Source: Phoronis australis (lineage: Eukaryota; Animalia; Phoronida). Taken from it: 64,000 nt of DNA. Made by a program: the position numbers and the translations under genes. The notes below the pieces were generated by a model. The model was not told the DNA's origin. It saw only the letters and a program-made list of their open reading frames with translations, and made no database searches. Each line of letters begins with the position of its first letter. Position 1 is the first letter of the stretch. Location of the stretch: the NCBI GenBank assembly GCA_002633005.1, contig NMRA01000228.1, positions 170,194-234,193 on the forward strand, read 5' to 3'. Shown here one piece after another: positions 33,808-47,272 of the stretch.

Positions 33808-36800
33808 ATGGCACGACGTAGAATTGAGAAAGAACTGAGGGCAAATTTGAACATTCCTCCAGGTAAGTTAGATCTAGGCTCGGTGTCTTATCTTTGTAGG
33901 CCTACATGATATCATTTTGTACTTGAGAATAGAATAATAAACACATATCCTGAGTTTCTACAAATAGACTTGAAAAATGACAAAAATAATCTTGATTGCA
34001 ATTTCAAGTAAAAAAATAGACCCCTGTCCCTAGACTATTTTTCGTTAAAAGTGTGTGTCATTTTATGTCCAAATGCACCTTTATCAATATTCTTATTCGT
34101 CCAGCATGCTAATCGTATCCTATTTTGCTTCTTTTGACTCGCTATTTAAAGAACCTTGCTTTTTAATACAGCAAGTTAGTTTTCATAATTACACTACTAT
34201 TTGACCAAATGGAGTTTATGTGAAGATTCACTACTTGATTTGTTCTTGTTTGAAGTTTGTGATTTCAGCTTGACCTAATTAGTGCTGTGTGTGTCGTAAA
34301 TTAAAGGCCTACTTTCAATAGTCAAATTTCTTATGCAGGACCTTAGATAAATTACAAATTTGGCTGATTTTGGAACATCGTGTCTCAGATGCGGCTGATC
34401 ATATTCATATGACACTTTCAGACACTATATATAGGAATTGTTTTTAAAATGTTCCACTTTTGCTATGAGGAGCGAACAAAAATAAAACATTTCTGATTTC
34501 CATGAGAAAAGTCTTAATTTGTATAAAACGAAAATGAAATTATTTTTTGGAACTTACAGTAACACCGTTTTTTAGATCAGATTTTGAACATTGATATCAA
34601 ATAAAATGTCATATTTCCGATGCTGTTGTTTTGTTGTCATTGCTATCTTTTAATAATTTTTACTAACAAGACATGGTCACATGACCTAGTAAATGGGAAA
34701 TTGGTAAAAGTCGAAAACCATATTATACAGGCTTTCTACATTCAGGAAATCTATAGTTTTATTGGATTAAAATCTATACTTTTATTGGATTAAAATCTAT
34801 ACTTTTATTGGATTAAAATCTATACTTTTATTGGATTAAAATCTATACTTTTACTGGATTAAAATCTATTGGTTCTGAAATGTTTGGTTAAATACACCGA
34901 GTTGTCAATTGGGTCCTATATACTGACCTTAAGTTGCTTGTCATGATGGCTTAGTTTCCGCCACCAAGGCAGTGTGGCTGTCGGAATTCTGGGAAGTTCA
35001 TTGTTACCTATGTCATTGCTTTGGAAGAACAATTTATATTTCTGTGGAAAGTAAAACAGTTTATGGCTGCTTCAAGGATTATTACTTTAGTCTGAGAATT
35101 CAGCTCTTAAAAATGAAGACTGAAGGTGATGGTTTTTAGCCTTTCAATATGTCACTTTGATTTGTCAGCTCCCTGTGTTGAGAATTGCTACGACAGCACT
35201 TTTGTTGTAGATGCATTTACAAGGATAGAAGAAGTCAAGAAGATAGAATTTGAAAACAATCGTGATGGTATTTTCTGCCTCCAGTTTTCAATGGATGGTA
35301 AAATGTTGAGTGTGGGTCATGGCAATGGTGGTATTAAGGTAAGATTATATTGTTATTGGTCTTGAGTGCATCATGCAAAAGTATTCCTAGTTCATGTTTG
35401 ACCATGTGTAGGCCGTCAGAGTTGGGCGGCTTTGTGTATCTGTGTAATCTGTGTCATGGTGTCTAAACTAGGGCCCACAGGCCAGCTGTGGCTTGTAGCA
35501 AAGTTTCAATTGCCCTCCCACTATGACAAAGCTTACTCTTAAATTAAACTCATATTTTGGTTGAATAATATGGCAGATAAAACAGAAATTTTGGTGTCAA
35601 TGAAAAATTTTGTCGCTTCTGGAATTTCCATAAATTAGGTTGAAATCAAACTTTTCTCTGCTCTTTTGTTGGTGAATGCATATATGTGAGAGATAATCAG
35701 TCTGTGGTAAGGCAATGGATATCTTCGTTATCTAGAATCAAACATCCCGGAGTACTAATATTAGTTCGTTAAGACAAGATATTTTTAAAATCCTTGATGA
35801 TCACAGAATCCTTTTCAAAAGCATGAGGTGTTCATTGTCATGCACAGAGCAACAACTTCTGCCTTGCGCTAGTTATTGGGTTTGTGTGTGTAGACACTCC
35901 ACTTAAAGCCGGGGAACTTGCACTAGTGCAACTTGTTCTAGGGTAAGTCTATGTGGACATTACTTAAAAACGCATCATTAATCGATAGTGATACCAGTAA
36001 AGTAAGTCTGTGTGTGGATGGGACTTTAGTGTGACCAGTTTTAAATATCTGTGTCAGGTGTATGATGTGGAAACCATGAAGCCTATGTGTGAACCCAAGA
36101 AGTCCCGCTACGGTGCTTACCCTACATTAGCGCTCAAGTGGCATCCTAAAGAGAGAAACATCTTCTTCTCTGGTGACGCTGAAGGTCACTTGTTTACATG
36201 TGATGTCAGGGCTAAGGATTCTGTCAAGTCTGTGATAGGTATACTGGTGCTGTGAAACATTTTTGTGCTCAACACAATTTTATAAACTGAAGTTGGGTGT
36301 TTTGGTATAGATTTAAGGTAACTGTGAACCTTGTTTACCAGATTATACTTATGTGCAAACACCTTAAATTCTGTTAAATCTAACCCCTACAAATTTGATA
36401 TTTTCTGAAAGGTGAATAAATTTTCCAACAAAATGTTTTTTATGTTCGGAATATGTTCCGAAAATAATAGGTGCGTCACAACCTCCGTTTCCACAGATAC
36501 AAAGGAGACAGAGTATAGGCAATATAAGGTCATCTATTATGACTGATAAGGTACAGAAATATGAGTACAAATAACATAAAGATAAAATAATAATCTCTGG
36601 AAAGATGGGCAATAAAAAGCGCCAGCACTCAGATAAGAGGAACTACCCAAAGGAGAGGGTGGTAGAGGGTGGGAAAAAAATGAAGACAGATTAGACTCGA
36701 ACCTAAGTGCTGCTAAAGCGAAGAACTGATGGCAGGAAGTATAACTTTACTGAGAACAAAGGAGCCCTATGACATGTGACAATCATCAGCCTATGGGAGC

Positions 36801-39800
36801 CAGGAGCTGACCAAACTCATGGCAGTAACACAAACGAACCAATAGTGAGGCTGGAAATGGAATGTCCTAGTGCCTCTCGAGTGCAGGAGGACCCCATGCG
36901 AATCTACACAAGGGGTTAATGGACCAGTCCGAAAGATTGGGGTATAAGTGGGACGAGTCCATATTCTCACATAAATATATTTAACGAGCGAAATATCATT
37001 TATTTACTTGTCTTTGTTTTTTCACTAGATATGTGTTTTTAGTAAAAAAATCTTTTGACCTTGAACAGAGATTTTATAATTATTGTTCCCCCAATCATAT
37101 TGGTCTTTTGTCAACATGTTGATAGCAGCATTTTTGAGGTAACTATGTCTCATATTTTTGAAATAAGTCTAAACTAGAACCTATTTCAAAAATATGAGAC
37201 ACGGTTCCCTCGAAAATGTTGTTATCAACATGTTGACAAAAGACCAATACGATTGGAGGAAAAATATTTTTAAAATCTCTGTTCAAATTAAAAAAAAATT
37301 ACCAAAAATCATATCTTGTTGAAAAGAAAGACAAGTAAACAAGAACAATAAATTTTGTTTGGAAATTTATTCATCTTTGATCAGAAAATGTATACGTTGT
37401 AGGGGTTAGAACTAATGGAATTTGCGATGTTTGCACATAAGTACAACTTGGTAAATAAGGTTTACAGTTACCTTAAGTTCAGAAAGACTGTGATATTGTC
37501 AAGTACATCTTACAAGGTGATATTTCTCTTAGTACCTACTGCCTTTAGTTGCAAGCTTATTTCCTGAAAGCAAGTTGATATTTATCTTAGTACCTACTGT
37601 CTTAAGTTGCAAGATTTTTTCCAGAAAGCAAGGTGATATTTCTCTTAGTACCTACTGCCTTTAGTTGCAAGCTTATTTCCTGAAAGCAAGTTGATATTTA
37701 TCTTAGTACCTACTGTCTTAAGTTGCAAGATTTTTTCCAGAAAGCAAGGTGATATTTCTCTAAGTACCTACTCCTTTTAGTTGCAAGCTTATTTCCTGAA
37801 AGCAAGTTGATATTTCTCTAAGTACCTACTGCCTTTAGTTGCAAGCTTATTTCCTGAATGCAAGGTGATATTTCTCTTAGTACCTACTGCCTTTAGTTGC
37901 AAGCTTATTTCCTGAAAGCAAGGTGATATTTCTCTGAGTACCTACTGCCTTTAGTTGCAAGCTTATTTTCTGAAAGCATCTTGTGCATTTATGTTAGTAA
38001 GCTCTGAGACCAGAGAGCTTTGTCATGTGTCAGACTGTTGTCCAATAATGAAACTTTTTTTGCAGAAAAAGGCAATCAAATAAATTGCGTTGACTTCAGT
38101 GCGGATGGATTTTATTTTGGTACAGCTGGAAAAGATAAAACCATCAGGATATATGAGACCAGAACCAACAAGGTAAACAAAGGCGTAGATTTATTCAATA
38201 TTTTTAATTCTTTCATTGCCGTTCTTGGAATTGCATTTCTCACTGCCAGTTTAATTTTGAGGATATGTAGATCAAAAGATGCAATCTCTAAAAACACTCA
38301 AAAATTTGTTATTTGCTGGTGGATTGCTGTTAGACTTGCAGCATAAGATGTACATACATTGTTCTGTGATGTTTTGAACAATTATAACATAATGTTGACA
38401 TAGGTGTTCTCCAGATAGAGTGTTCAAGATTTCATTTAAAAAAATCTATCAACAGTCAGTGAAGGATTTTGGTTGAAATACCCCTCTGATCTGGTACATA
38501 CCTTGTCTCATGTGTGACATTTCAAATTCGGATTCCGAATCCGAATTAATTTTGAATTTAAGTGAATTAGAACTTCAACAATGGGCAGATCATATTCAAT
38601 CATATTTGACATNGATATTTCTCTAAGTACCTACTGCCTTTAGTTGCAAGATTTTTTCCTGAAAGCAAGGTGATATTTCTCTTAGTATCTACTGCCTTTA
38701 GTTGCAAGGTTATTTCCTGAAAGCAAGGTGATATTTCTCTAAGTACCTACTGCCTTTAGTTGCAAGCTTATTTTGTGAAAGCATCTTGTGCATTTATGTT
38801 AGTAAGCTCTGAGGCCGGAGAGCTTTGTCATGTGTCAGACTGTTGTCCAATAATGAAACTTTTTTTTGCAGAAAAAGGCAATCAAATAAATTGCGTTGAC
38901 TTCAGTGCGGATGGATTTTATTTTGGTACAGCTGGAAAAGATAAAACCATCAGGATATATGAGACCAGAACCAACAAGGTAAACAAAGGCATAGATTTAT
39001 TCAATATTTTTAATTCTTTCATTGCCATTTTTGGAATTGCATTTCTCACTGCCAGTTTAATTTTGAGGATATGTAGATCAAAAGATGCAATCTCTAAAAA
39101 CACTATAAAATTTGTTATTTGCTGGTGGATTGCTGTTAGACTTGCAGCATAAGATGTACATACATTGTTCTGTGATGTTTTGAACAATTATAACATAATG
39201 TTGACATAGGTGTTCTCCAGATAGAGTGTTCAAGATTTCATTTAAAAAAATCTATCAACAGTCAGTGAAGGATTTTGGTTGAAATACCCCTCTGATCTGG
39301 TACATACCTTGTCTCATGTGTGACATTTCAAATTCGGATCCCGAACCCGAATTAATTTTGAATTTAAGTGAATTAGAACTTCAACAATGGGCAGATCATA
39401 TTCAATCATATTTGACATGTTTGATCAACAGAAATTTCTTCAAAGACAGTCAAAAAACTTGTCTACCATCTGAGATCTGGAAAAATTGTTGTCCTGCAGT
39501 CTGATGATATTAAACTATAGTTATCTCCCATGAAATTTAGGATTAAAGAGTTAAAACTGCATTTCCTCCTTACGAGCTGTCCACAAAACTACAATCTAAA
39601 CTTAGGCCACTTGTCATAACAAAAGTGGTCTTGAAATTGTCGTTGCCATTGTAGCATTGCATGTCTGTTGCCACTAAGAACGTCTGGAACATTTCTACAT
39701 TAGAAAACGCTTCAGAATCTTACAGTTTTAGGCTGCTATGCAATTCTAATCCAATATGGGTCAACTGATGCTAACATGAAAATCCAGTTTGAATAATAAA

Positions 39801-42800
39801 TGAACTGAATTATCAATTGCTTCTTAGTTTCATGCTCAATTTTAATTAGTCATTAATTTTAGATATTAATGTAGTCCTTTTACATTCAAAATGCACATGC
39901 TGAGAAGCACAAAATGTTGGCATGTGTGATCAAGACATAGTGTGATTCCAATCAAGGGGCATTGCGTTGTGTACTTAGGCAAGAGCGTTTGCTTGTATGT
40001 TGCAATATCCTCAAAATTCTCCTGTATCTTGAGTGTGTGGACGCAAGTTTTACATGGCAAAATGTTTTTCCACGTATGTTACTTCTTTATAATTTTTTTA
40101 TTTCCTTGTTCTGTTTATGTCCATCTTACATGCTATACATTTCTTGTCCAGTCATCATGAAATAAGTCATTCTTAACATAGAACAATTCACTATATTACT
40201 TTGTCTCCAAACAAGTCTTGAACAGTGCGAGAGATTGTACCTTCTAATCGCCATCACTGTGACAAAACAAAGTCCATATACCAAATTAGCTGGTCAAAAG
40301 CATCATTTCATCGCTGCGCTTGACAATAGTGGCCGCTATCAGAACGGAAAACTATCACTGCTGCAATGCCCCTTGGTTGTCATCTCTCACAGATGCACTC
40401 ACTCATTACATAATTTGGCCTAGTGCTTGAAACAGTGTGAAATGACTGTATTGTGTGTACAAACTTGCATTTGATTATTCAGAACATAACACTAGTTACT
40501 AGATGCGTGTTATGCTGCAGTAGGTGCTACTACAGTGACCTCTAGTAGCAACATACAAATGTGATTATGCATCTTGTGTCTTTGTTGTTAATTCATGCTT
40601 ATCTTGTTTTGTGTCATCAGCTTTTCAAAGACTACCTGGGCACAACAGGCCTTGCTCTGGAAGAGGATGACGATGGTGTACTTAGGTCTCAGGTGCCAAA
40701 TTTATCTGATGATACAGTGGGTCCCCATCACCAGCGCATATATGCCCTGAAGTTCCACCCTGGCAGAGATGACATCTTCATAACTGCTGGTTGGGACGAT
40801 GGCTTAAAGGTATGCAAGATGATCATAAGACCAGTTAAATCTGTGCATGCGATGTGTATTGGATATTTCATTTGCTACCCTCTGACCTCACAAAATGACC
40901 CAATAAGATTGCGAACACCTGATAATGGATGGATTCAAAGTTAGTTGCAGCCAGGAACGAGTTGAAACAATGCAAATTGATCTATGTGAGGTTCCACTTC
41001 TCATCATGCTTAGGAACTTACTAACACTAAGTTATTCCACACATGATTAGGTTTACGGTGACTTAAAAGTGGAGACACATTGTATTTCCATTATATTTAC
41101 CTAAATCTTTTGGGATTTCATTTTTTCCTAATATGCATTGATGCACTGAATCTTACCATGATTTTTCAACGTATGTGTCCTCCACTCTTAAATACATTCA
41201 ATTTTACATACGTGTGCAGTAAATGCTGTAGTTAGAGCATCACTGTGTACACAACAACCGCGGTGAATTCTTTTTGTCAGTTTATCAACATCCTGTTATA
41301 GAATTTTGACGGTCTTTGTGCCAGTCATACTGACTTAAGTCTTCCTAGTCTAGTGGGACAGGCTTTGATTGATGGGTGAATGTGGTCACATAACAGTGTG
41401 CATGTCTAGTTTTATATATACAGAGCATTTGTCCCGTTCGGAAAGTATATTTACTTATTGAGTTAATGCTAATCTATACATTATAAAGCCCAACCAGAAC
41501 ATAAACAGGTCCTGTCACTCAATGCTGACCTATCTCTGTACAAGCAAACGATATCATAGAACTTGAGTTCCATGCAAATATTCGTGTTTATTGACTCATG
41601 CTGAATGAAAAATGACATTTTTAATGTTTCAAAGGGTGGAGTCCAGTGCGCTCGGTGACTGTTTGCTTACTGCAAGATTTATTGTGGGTTCCCGTGTTGC
41701 ATTTTGCCTGTCAGGCAAACTTTACACCTAGTCGTGCAGTGTTGGTCAATGATCACAACCTTGGTTCCTTCATTAAGGTCGAGTCAGTGAAGAGTTAACT
41801 GCATGTAAAACTAACATATAGAACTTAACTAACTAAAACCAATGAACTGAATATTTGATAAAATCTCATGTATTATGTAAGCAACAAGTTTCAACATTTC
41901 TGTTGCTAAGTTTTCATTTATAATTTAAATGGTCAGTATGTTCGGCAATATTCACTTAGTGGGGGTCCTAGATTTTGAGAACCAGTTTGATGACTGTTAT
42001 TCAGTGGAGAAAACTGGTTCTCAGAATGCAGTACCTCTGTAAGTGACTATTACTGTTTGGGTAAGTTATGCAGATGTACTGTTTCCCTGTAGTGATCACC
42101 TGCTTATCATGTCGTTCTTGCAGGTGTGGGATATCAGGGGGAATGATGTGAAGCGCACTATCCGAAGCAACAACTTGCCTCATGTCTGTGGTGATGCAAT
42201 TGATATCCTTGTAAGTTTGTACAGCAATATCAGAATTTAGTTAAGCTACTATACAGAAATGATATTTTGACAACTGTTGAAACTATTGAATATTAATTTA
42301 GACAGTGAAAAACTAAACAAAGATGGATATAATCCTCTGTCGGTAGTGAAGGCCGCGAGAAAGAACGACGGCTGTTTTGGCAGGCAAAAGTCACCCATTA
42401 TTGCCAGTGGTAGTGACATACAAACTATTATCGAGTTACACATAAAATCCTGAAGTTTGCTTACAATTGGAAAGTAAATAGATTTCCAATTTTCCAGCAG
42501 GATCTCCGGCGACTTTGTTAGGCGGCTGACTTCTAACAATGGGTGGCAGCCTATTTCTTAGAATACCAACCGCTGGCAAAATAACTTCAGAAAAAATTGT
42601 ATGCTGCCAAATGTATTAATGACTTTAAAGTATAATAAAGAATTCTCATTCAGCCCGAACGATTCACATATTAGACAGAAGCCTTACCGTGGACAGCACT
42701 GTTCAGCACTTAGCTCAGTGGTCCTTTAGTAGCTGAAATTCGTGTCACCAAGAGATTAAAAAATTTACTTCGTCATGCTTCTGACACTAGAATAATTTCT

Positions 42801-45564
42801 CTTCGCCGTCATTTATCTTCCTAATACAGTTCACTCTCTGCGAAACTTTGTTGTTGCGGCCGGGCACCAAAAATCTAACACAAGTTTACATTATTGCAAT
42901 TTAGGTGAGGAGCGCACTGTATTGAGATAACAAATTGTTAAAAAACTGCTGTGTGTGGAAGTTTTTTCTTCCATGTTTATGACTGGTGAAGGCCGATGAC
43001 AATTCACTGTCAAGTTACAAAGTGCTCTGCTTGGTAGGCACGGAAATTGCTGTTTACTTTGCATCAGTTTCACGATATGGCAATGAAGAAAAGACGTTTA
43101 CCAATCTTTGGGTGATGAGTCAGGAGATTAATTAAATATTATCGTAATATATGCAAAGAAGTAGATAAAATTTGAACTACAGATAATCAAATTTGTACCA
43201 AAATGAGAATCAAAAACATGTGTCATTCATGTATTGTTCCTGAACTGATGATGTACAAGGAAGTCAGGTTACCGAAAAAGACAGGAGTACTTGATGATTT
43301 TATGTTCTCGGCTGAGCTACAAATTTGTGCTCAAAAAAGCTTGTAGTTTCATAACAGAACTTAAGGAAAACATGACATCTTATATATTTTAAACGTTTGG
43401 ACTAGATTAACCCTTTAAGATAAGGTCTTTAAATAATATCCTTGCTATAGCAATACCATTTTTGATGATCATCTCAATCAATATGTTCTCTTTCAGACCT
43501 CAAAATTTTCATGTTTATACTCTTGAACAATGTTTCCTTGTTATACTGTTGTCGTGCCTGTGGATATGTTTTGGTAGCAAATTACACCCAGCAAGGATTT
43601 ATATTTTTAGGAAGACGACATTATTCTTACTGGCTCTTGGGTCGGTGCCCACTCCCTACAAATGTGGGAGTATACCAGTGGAGAGCTGATTAAGGACATT
43701 CCTTTTCCTAACTCGGACCACGTGGAGATTGTTGATAACAACAACAGGCGTAGGTCAACAGGGGCCAGTAAAGGTGCCTTCCTGTACTGTGCTCAGTTCG
43801 CTGATAACAACTGTGTATTGGCCGGTGGTAGTGGGACATGCAGTGTTCAAGCAATCAACCATGAATCTGGGCAGGTAAGTACAAACTTACAATGGGACTA
43901 AATGCACTTACACCCTCATGCAGTGTGTAGTCACAGTGCTACTCTTTCCCAATACTACTGCCATATTGTTAGCATTAAAGTGATTATCCATGATTCCAAT
44001 TTATTGTTGTAAAGTCTTCTGGGTGTCTCATACCAACGTCAATGTGTCTATGGTTTGGGTAGTGTCAGTCAGTATGATTGGTTAATTTTGGTCTTGGGTT
44101 GAAATTAGGCTTATTCATTTCACGGTTAACAAGGAGATTTTGCAGTGCAGTGTCAAGGTTTTGATGTGTTGTGAAAGATTTATACCGGTGTCATCAGAGT
44201 TGCCGACAACATCACATGATGTCTTATTTGAAAATTTCATTCAAATTGTCACCATTTTGGACTGTAAGCACTTTGTTTCATTTATTATCTGATGATACAC
44301 ACAATTCTCCGTAAAACAAAATAAAATTATGCAAATGTTTTTGGTGCACCATTTTGCGATAACTTGGATGACCTCTCATCAACTGCTGAAGTCACTCTGA
44401 AAGGTTCACCTTACTACACAGTTTATATCAGCGCATCTATTGTTATGTACGATACCAAAGTTTAATTGATATTAAAGTACCTTTAAACAATAATGTTTAT
44501 TACTTTGTCACATTCGTCTAACTCAAGTTTGGAGGACACCAGCAAGAATTGCCACCAATATGAAATGTGTTTAATTAAAGTTCCTTCGTTTGATGTTATT
44601 TGTTGTTATGGTTGTTAAAATAATATTGAACATCACGATGGTGCATCAAAATGGCCAATAATATAAAATGAAGCAGTGCCAAAAGCAACACGTAATGAGC
44701 TACATTACAATGAGCTCTATTACAATGAGCTTCATTACAATGAGCTCCATTACAATGAGCTCTATTACAATGAGCTCCATTACAATGAGCTTCATTACAA
44801 TGAGCTCCATTACAATGAGCTCCATTACAATGAGCTCCATTACAATGAGCTTCATTACAATGAGCTCCATTACAATGAGCTTCATTACGATGAGCTCCAT
44901 TACGATGAGCTTCATTACCATGAGCTCCATTACAATGAGCTTCATTACAATGAGCTCCATTACAATGAGCTCCATTACAATGAGCTCCATTACAATGAAC
45001 TCCATTACAATGAGCTCCATCATTCCAACCACAGTATAAACATACAAAACTAGAATTACTAAACTTGCATTATTTTATGACTCATTTTTGCAACCATCAG
45101 ATATTGAGTAAATCTGATTCAAAACATTCGCCACACACCATTATGTGGAATGGAATATCCCAAGTTAATTCATATTATCTAATACAACTCTTAATATGAG
45201 ACTTTACTTTAAAGCAGCGACATTTCGCCCTGTCAACTGTCGATTTAAATTATGAAGAGTAGCTGTTACGTATTCACTAAGTTAGTATACTATGTGGTTA
45301 GCATGCTAAGGCCACTTTAATAGAAAATAGACATTTTGGTATTTGATCCCAGGTTTTTGTATTGATTTCCTTTCGTCGATTTTCACAAGTTGATCAAGAC
45401 ATGACTTGTCAGGTACTCACAGTTAACACATTTTGTGTTTCTTGCAGAGCCTGGGTGAAGTGAAGATGATACACTGTGTCCAGGCACTGGACAGTACAGC
45501 TGGTGGACGCTTGTTTGTTGTGGGTGGCCAGGACCAATTCATGAAGGTGGCCAAACTTTGTTAA
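33808..45564 (+). CDS. Uncharacterised WD40-repeat (beta-propeller) protein, 8 coding exons, 389 aa
   Basis: Exons, GT-AG with consistent phases, total 1170 nt: 33808-33862, 35169-35338, 36058-36238, 38066-38172 (identical second copy 38872-38978), 40621-40809, 42124-42210, 43611-43874, 45448-45564. WD motifs: IFCLQFSMDGKMLSVGHGNGGIKVYD, INCVDFSADGFYFGTAGKDKTIRIYE, HHQRIYALKFHPGRDDIFITAGWDDGLKVWDIR, ILTGSW...LQMWE, FLYCAQF. Confidence 0.92.
34757..34869. repeat. 23-bp minisatellite x5
   Basis: Unit TTTTATTGGATTAAAATCTATAC. Confidence 0.92.
36317..37472. mobile_element. Palindromic non-autonomous DNA transposon with TTAA target duplication (Kolobok-like), interrupted by an insertion
   Basis: TTAA|GGTAACTGTGAACCTTGTTTACCA...TGGTAAATAAGGTTTACAGTTACC|TTAA. 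Arms 36317-36447 plus 36999-37165 pair with 37178-37472. RR...YY termini with a TTAA TSD are the established Kolobok signature. Confidence 0.75.
36443..36998. mobile_element. Probable solo LTR nested in the Kolobok-like element
   Basis: A 556-bp segment absent from the mirror arm; starts TG, ends CA, flanked by the 4-bp direct repeat TTTA; contains AATAAA near 36612. Confidence 0.5.
37513..37978. repeat. 58-bp minisatellite ~8 copies (about 3 more copies at 38614-38785)
   Basis: Unit AAGGTGATATTTCTCTTAGTACCTACTGCCTTTAGTTGCAAGCTTATTTCCTGAAAGC. Confidence 0.93.
37807..39418. repeat. ~806-bp direct duplication across the 'n' at 38613, including one WD40 exon; likely haplotype/assembly artefact
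   Basis: 37807-38612 is near-identical to 38614-39418 with scattered SNP-like differences, and the junction is a single n. Confidence 0.85.
44694..45020. repeat. 15-bp quasi-palindromic minisatellite, ~22 copies (last WD40 intron)
   Basis: Unit AATGAGCT(C/T)CATTAC; produces the repetitive ORFs (SSITM)n, (NELHY)n and (ELIVM)n. Confidence 0.95.
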
Positions 45565-46911
45565 GTGTCCACTTAAGGGACAGTACTGGCGTGTGGTACA
45601 TTCCCTTCAATACATTCCTCTTGCTGTGATACGAGTAATGCAAACATATACACAGTTTGATTTCATCGTGGAGTCATTTATATTCGTATTAATCAACGGA
45701 AGAGTGTTTTTGCTATTCAACTGAACAATCGATAAAACACGACAGCTTTAAGAAAATGTAAATAATAGTTGACGTTGTGATTGTCTGTTGTAACTAGATT
45801 TGAACTAGTCATGTGACCTGAATATTGCACGCATAATATTGTACTATCTGATAGTCAACTTGTACCACTGCTTGCCAATGGATTGTTCCGACAAACACAG
45901 TTAGGCCACACCTACCATTGCAAACTCCGAAAAGCACAAACCCAATATGGCGGAAGTCTTGGAATCATACTCACTGTAAGGTTTTCTACGATGTGTTTTA
46001 TCATATTTTAATGAAACTGCTGTTGCTGTATACAGCTGCATTTTCATTATGTGTCCAGAGAAGAGTATCACTGAGGGGTTTATCTACGATACCAAGCCTT
46101 TCAGCCCATTCACAGATTTTTACGCCAACCCATTGAACCACCGAGCTTCATTCATACGTGTGTCTAGTCAATTCAGACACCGTAATGCATTGCAATAGAT
46201 GGTTCACATTCTACTCCTAAGACTTGTGACCAGTTTAGATGCTCTGCTAAGCTATTTCATAGCAAAAATAAGAGTGGGAAAATTACTTCCGTGCAGTTTG
46301 ACAGCGTTTGAATTTTTTTATGTTCACCGGTGGTCTAGTTTTGTCGTGGTTGACATTAACCAAGTCATGCTTCCTATCAGATACATAGCTCCACGTTCAA
46401 TTATTAATTCACAGATACTATAAAAGAATATGAAATTAAATATATTTTTGATACATTTTGAAAGTGAATGAAATTCACTCCGTGTTTGTTTGTCCAGATA
46501 ATCAATTGGAGTCTATATTTTTTTCTCGATGTACGGTACATTCATTTAAGTCTCAGACTAGTACACTGCTACCTATCTTTCATTCTCTGCAGTACAAGTG
46601 CATCGTAAAATCGTAATGCTTTCAGTCACAACTAATGTTTGTGGGAGTTGTGTTTGTACTACCTGAATGGCTGTAGTTATTAGCAGGTCAGAACTATCCT
46701 TTAGAATTAAGAAACACAAAGTCTGGTTGCGACTGTGTTCTGTTGAGTGTTTTTGTGGTTAATGTGAGCAACGACAAATGTAGTTGTTTTTACTAAATCA
46801 AATTGACTGTTTAGAAGGGGATGGTTCGTGCTTAAATTTGTGTGCCATTGCCTTCATTATGTTTATGAGGAAGACATCTGTTGGTGGTCAGTTCTGTCAA
46901 CCACGGTCATC

Positions 46912-47272
46912 TTTGAAACTTCAGTAGACAATCATCTGAAGTATTATGATAACGCTCAGATTGTTAGATTTTCTGCCATAGTCAACGTCTTGCAGTCATT
47001 TGTTCTTATGATATTTGAATATTTGAACTCTTTGAATCTTCAGTAGTCAATCACTTGTAGTATCATAATGATGCTTGGGGTTGTTAGATTTGCTGCCATA
47101 GTCAATGTCTTGCAGTCATTTGTTTTTATGACATTTGAACTCTTTGAATCTTCAGTAGACAATCACCTGTAGTGTTATAATGATGCTTGGGGTTGTTAGA
47201 TTTGCTGCCATACTCAATGTCTTGCAGTCTTTCATTCTTATATTATTTGAATATTTGAACTCCCTGAATCTT
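46912..47272. repeat. ~115-120 bp tandem repeat x3
   Basis: cttcagtagacaatca...ttgttagattt.ctgccatagtcaa.gtcttgcagtc...tttgaactc repeated three times with divergence. Confidence 0.8.
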
